DNA of 64,000 bases, from the NCBI RefSeq assembly GCF_009914755.1, contig NC_060925.1, one strand, 5' to 3'. Below are positions 59,598 to 64,000 of the stretch, piece after piece. How positions within the stretch are numbered: position 1 is the stretch's first letter; each line of letters begins with the position of its first letter. Position numbers and translations under genes: made by a program. Origin of the DNA: the human T2T-CHM13v2.0 reference genome, Homo sapiens. The notes under the pieces are model-generated. The model had not been told where the DNA came from. It did no database searches and saw only the letters and a program-made list of their open reading frames with translations.

Positions 59598-60790
59598 TCA
59601 TTGTAGTAAGAACATTTAACACAAAATCTACCCTCTTAACAAAATTTTAAGTTAAAAATACAGTATTGTTAACCAGAGGCACAATGTTGTATAGCTAATC
59701 TCTAGAACTTAATCATCTTGCACAACTGAAACTTTATATTTGATAAATATCAATTTCCCTTTTCTATCTACCCCCAGCCCCTGAAAACCACCATTTTACT
59801 CTCTGTTTGTATGTACTTGACTATTTTAGATACCTCATACAGGTGGGATCATGCAGTATTTTTCTTTCTATGCCTGCCTTGTTTCACTTAGTATAATGTC
59901 CTCCAGGTTCATCCATGTGGTCTTGCATGGCAATATTTCCTCCTTGTGTAAAGCTGAATAATATTCCATTTTGTGTACATATCACATTTTTCTTATCCAT
60001 TCATTCATTGACCAACATTTAGGTTGCTTCCATATCTTTGCTGTTGTGAATAATGCTGCAATGAACATGGAAGTGCAAATATCTCTTCAAAATCCTGAAT
60101 TTAATTATTGTAGATGAATACCCAGAAGTGGGATTGCTGGCTCATATGGTGGTTCTATTTTTACTTTTGTGAGGTACTTCCATACTGTTTTTAGTAATGA
60201 TGTACCAATTTACATTCCCACCAACAGTATACAAGGATTCCAATTCCAATTTCTCCACATCCTTGCCAACACTTACTATCTTTTTTTTTTTTTTTCAGTA
60301 ATAGCCATCCTAATGGGTGTGAGCTGATACAGGATTGTGGTTTTGATTTGCATTTCCCTAATGATCAATGACATTTAGTATCTTTTAATATACATGTTGG
60401 CCATTTGTATGTCTTTGGAGAAATGTTTACTCAAGTCCTTTGCCCATTTTTTTGTTTTTGCAATTGAGTTGTGTGAGTTCCTTAGATATTTTGGATATTA
60501 ACTCTTTATCAGATATATGATTTGCAATTATTTTCTCCCAATCTATAGGCTGCCTTTTCATTTTGTTGATTATTTCCCCTGTCGTACAGAACCTTTTAGT
60601 CTGATATAGTCCCACTTATCTATTTTTTATTTTGTTACCTGTGTTTTGGTGCTGCATCCAAGAAATCATTGCTCAGACCAGTGTCATGAATCTTTTCCTC
60701 CATGTTTTCTTCTAGGAGTTTGATAGTTTCAGGCCTTAAATTTAAATCTTTAATCCATTTTGAGTTTATTTTTGTGTATGGCATACAATA
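59598..60790 (-). mobile_element. L1MA (old, MA8-10-like) 3' fragment
   Basis: tagtaagaacatttaac...tctagaactta...ttcatccatgt...agaagtgggattgctgg. Confidence 0.8.
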
Positions 60791-61953
60791 AGTTTATTTT
60801 AAAAAAATAAAATAAAAATTGTCCATCTTTAGTCTTAAACTCTGCCCACTGGGTCTTGCCTTTACCTGTGCCCTGCCTCCTGCCCATTAAAACAGCCCGA
60901 TGCACTCACCCATGTGCACTCTCCAGCTTTTCCAAAAATTGCCCTTCTGGCCACACCCTTTTTCCTTGGTTCACTGTTGCTCCGCATAAGTCCTATGCCT
61001 GGCTTTAGAATTCTAACTTCAACCCTAGCTCTTTGGGACTAATGTTTATATTTGTTTACTTGAACCTTGATTATACTTAAACATAGGTATGAATTCCATC
61101 TAGTTTTGTCCCCAGGAAACCACCCCTGATGACAAGCTCTTGGCTGTCACCATGGCTTTGCCAACGCTGGCTGTCCCCTAAGTTTGGGAATGGGTGGTGC
61201 ATAGGAAGTTAAGATAATTTACATTTTATGCAGAATATATAATTTTTGGCATGATAAAAGAGTTGGCATCTGGGCATGAGTTCCAACCAAAGAAGTATTA
61301 AATTTATAAGAGACTCATTTGAATTTCTAATGTGACATGATAAGCATGCCTTCTTGTAAAAACATTTTACAGAAAAATAGAATAGCATGACGGGCTGGCG
61401 GTACAGACAATTCTGTCAACAACTGCTGGAGCTGTTCCATGCAGCATTCAAGAATTCCTTGATTTGGAAAAAACAAATAAGAAACAAGCTATACGGAAGT
61501 GTAAGGACGACAGAGCCATGTGCTGATTGCTTGGGGTTTTAAGGAAAGGACGGGAGTAGGGTGAACTCCCTACTAGCCTAAGGTGAACATTGGATTCGAC
61601 AATCAGAGAGAACTCATCTTAATGATTGGTCCTACCCAAGATCTCAACCACATTCTCTGCATTTCCAAGAGGCAAAGAAAATGAGCTGTCACTAATGTGT
61701 TTTATGTTAACTATCAATAGGCGGAATTTGTGAACCGTCGCATGCTTAGCATCCAAAATAATTCCCTTTAGGCTGACATAGGAAAGAGAAAAGAAAAGAT
61801 AAAACAAAAAGTGAACATTTTTGCTGGTTTGAAAACATTTATAGCCTGATTTTCTAGCCACCAGCATAGAAATATTTATTTCTCAGTATCATTTTTATGT
61901 TTATAGTACTTTCCAAATTTTCTACAGAAAGCTTAACTTTAAATTGGGAATGG

Positions 61954-62265
61954 GGCTGAGCACGGTGGCTCACACCTGTAAACCCAGTAATTTGGGAGGC
62001 CGAGACGGATGAATTGCTTGAGCCCAGGAGTTGGAGACTAGCCTGGGAAACATGGCGAAACCCTGTCTCTACAAAAAAATACAAAAAATTAGCCAGGAAT
62101 GGTGGTGCCCGCCTGTAGTCCCAGCTATTCAGGAGGTTGAGGTGGGAGGATCACCTGAGCCCAGGAGATCAAGGCTGCAGTGACCTGTGATTGCAATACT
62201 GCATTCCAGTCTGAGCAATGGAGTGAGACCCTGTCCAAAAATACATATATACATACACACATAAA
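61954..62265 (+). mobile_element. AluJ with tail converted to (TACA)-like repeat
   Basis: J diagnostics; TSD taaattgggaat on both sides. Confidence 0.92.
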
Positions 62266-62869
62266 TAAATTGGGAATAGGATTTTCTTTTTCTATGTATT
62301 TTCCCCTAATATAAATGCAAACCCAAACATTATAAAAGCAAATATGTATGTTTTTATTTGTGTGTTTTCTCTTCCTCCTCTTTCTGCTCCTCCTCCTTAT
62401 TCTTTTTTTAGTGAGTTGTAGTAAAAGTAGCAGAAAGTGTGCTTAGAGAATCATAATCTGTAGAATTGGAAGTCACAAAAATTCTATGTTGACACTTGGC
62501 TAATAATAATAGCAATAATAATCAATCAACAGCTTTAAAGTGCTCTGTCGATGTCCCTACATGACACTTACACGTGGACTGAGCAATTGGTTTTGCTTTA
62601 TAGCTATGTCCTAAGGGGCCTCCATAAAAAAGAAGCAAAAAGAAAGACACAAAAGAGAAGAAGAAAGGAAATGTCATTTACCATGTATTTAGTGTATACA
62701 AACCCTGTGCCAGATATGTTATATACCTGAATTCATCTGTTCTCCTCAAGGCCCTATGAATGGGTGCTAGTGTCCCAGTGATGGTGAGGAAGGAGATGAT
62801 GGTGGTGCTGGTGGTAATGATTACCAGTTTTGAGGCTGTCTGTAAGCTAGGCACTATACTCTCTTCATT

Positions 62870-63765
62870 CAACCTGTATTCATTCAACAAATGTTTGTTC
62901 AGTGCCCATACTGTGTGCTAGGCCCTATTCTAGGCACTTGAGATATATCAATGTACAAAACACACAAAAATTCTTGCTCCTATGAAGCTACATTTGGGGG
63001 TGAAAGGGACACTAGACATTCCCAGATAATACACATATAAGTAGGGAACTGAGAGAATATGTTAGAAAGGGATACGTGCTGTGGAAAAATAATAGATCAG
63101 ACCACAGCAGGTCAGGATTGTGGCATGGGGTTCAGGATGCAATTTTTAATCAAGTGGTGGTAGTAGCCCTGACTGAGAAGGTGATACCTGAAGCAGCTAA
63201 AGAGTTTGGCTGGCCGGCGGGTGGCTCATGCCTGTAATCCCAGCACTTTGGGAGGCCAAGGTGGGCAGATCACAAGGTCAGGAGTTCGAGACAAGCCTGG
63301 CCAACATAGTAAAACCCCGTCTCTACTAAAAATACAAAAATTAGCCGAGCATGGTGGTGCACGTCTGTAGTCCCAGGTACTCAGGAGGCTGAGGCAGGAG
63401 AATCGTTTGAACCCGGGAGGCGGAGGTTGCGGTGAGCCAAGATCACGCCACTGGGCAACAGAGTGAGACTCCATCTCAAAAAAAAAAAAAAAAAAAAAAG
63501 AGTTTGGCCACATGAGTGTCTTGGAGGAAAGGGCTCCAGGCAATGGGAGCAGCCAGCACAAAGGCCCTGCAACAGGAAGATGGCTGGAGTATTCGCTGAA
63601 CAGCAAGGAGGCCAGCATGGCTGGACAGGGGAGAGAGGTAACTGGGGCCAGATCCTGCAGGGCCTTTCAGGGCAATGAAAGGAGTCTGTCTTCTATTCTG
63701 AGTGAAATGCTAAGTCATTGGAAAGATATGAGCAGGCAAGTGACATGGTCTGATGTACATTTTAA
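62870..63765 (-). mobile_element. L2 element split by an Alu
   Basis: attcattcaacaaatgttt...ttctaggcacttgagatat...caggcaatgggagcagccagcacaaaggccct. Confidence 0.75.
63210..63497 (+). mobile_element. AluS with small 3' deletion
   Basis: TSD aagagtttggc; the junction ccactg|ggcaac lacks cactccagcctg. Confidence 0.9.
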
Positions 63766-63774
63766 AAACATCAC

Positions 63775-64000
63775 TATATGGTATATATACACCATAGAAT
63801 ACTATGCAGCCATAAAAAGAATGAAATCATGTCCTTTGCAACAACATGAGTGCAGCTGGAGGCCATTAACATAAACGAATTAATGCAGGAACAGAAAACC
63901 AAGTACCACATGTTCTCACTTTTAAGTGGGGGCTAAATAAGCATTGCATACACATAGACATAAAGATGGGGCCAATAGACACTGAGGACTACTGGAGGGG
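63775..64000 (+). mobile_element. Older primate L1 (L1PB/late L1PA) 3' region, runs off the window
   Basis: atactatgcagccataaaaagaatgaaatcatgtcctttgca...cagaaaaccaagtaccacatgttctcac. Confidence 0.85.

Overview
This is eukaryotic DNA from a hominid, most likely human: it contains AluJ/S/Y, L1PA2/PA4/PA8, THE1, MST, MLT, Tigger1, MER1A, MIR and L2 repeats. The window is intergenic or intronic and rich in transposable elements. I see no host protein-coding exon, rRNA, tRNA gene or CRISPR array. The supplied ORF track allows GTG/TTG starts, and nearly all its ORFs are repeat-derived or spurious. Main structures: (1) a full-length, inactivated minus-strand L1PA4-like LINE-1 (10150-16577, 15-bp TSD) with an AluY in ORF2, a still-open antisense ORF0 and a mutated YY1 site; (2) a weak CpG-island promoter (~7040-7600) with a strong minus-strand splice donor, suggesting a transcript running toward and beyond position 1; (3) a non-repeat block at ~1220-1800 with three adjacent hairpins and GATA/AP-1/E-box/ETS motifs; (4) an MLT2A2 LTR with DUX-type motifs and a GTAAGT splice donor; (5) a two-LTR ERVL (LTR33-like) proviral remnant; (6) a near full-length decayed Tigger1; (7) several nested TE stacks. 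Repeat subfamily names come from remembered consensus features, not alignments, and boundaries of ancient repeats are approximate. I cannot name the locus. I found no convincing new biological system, and the best leads are candidate regulatory or non-coding elements.
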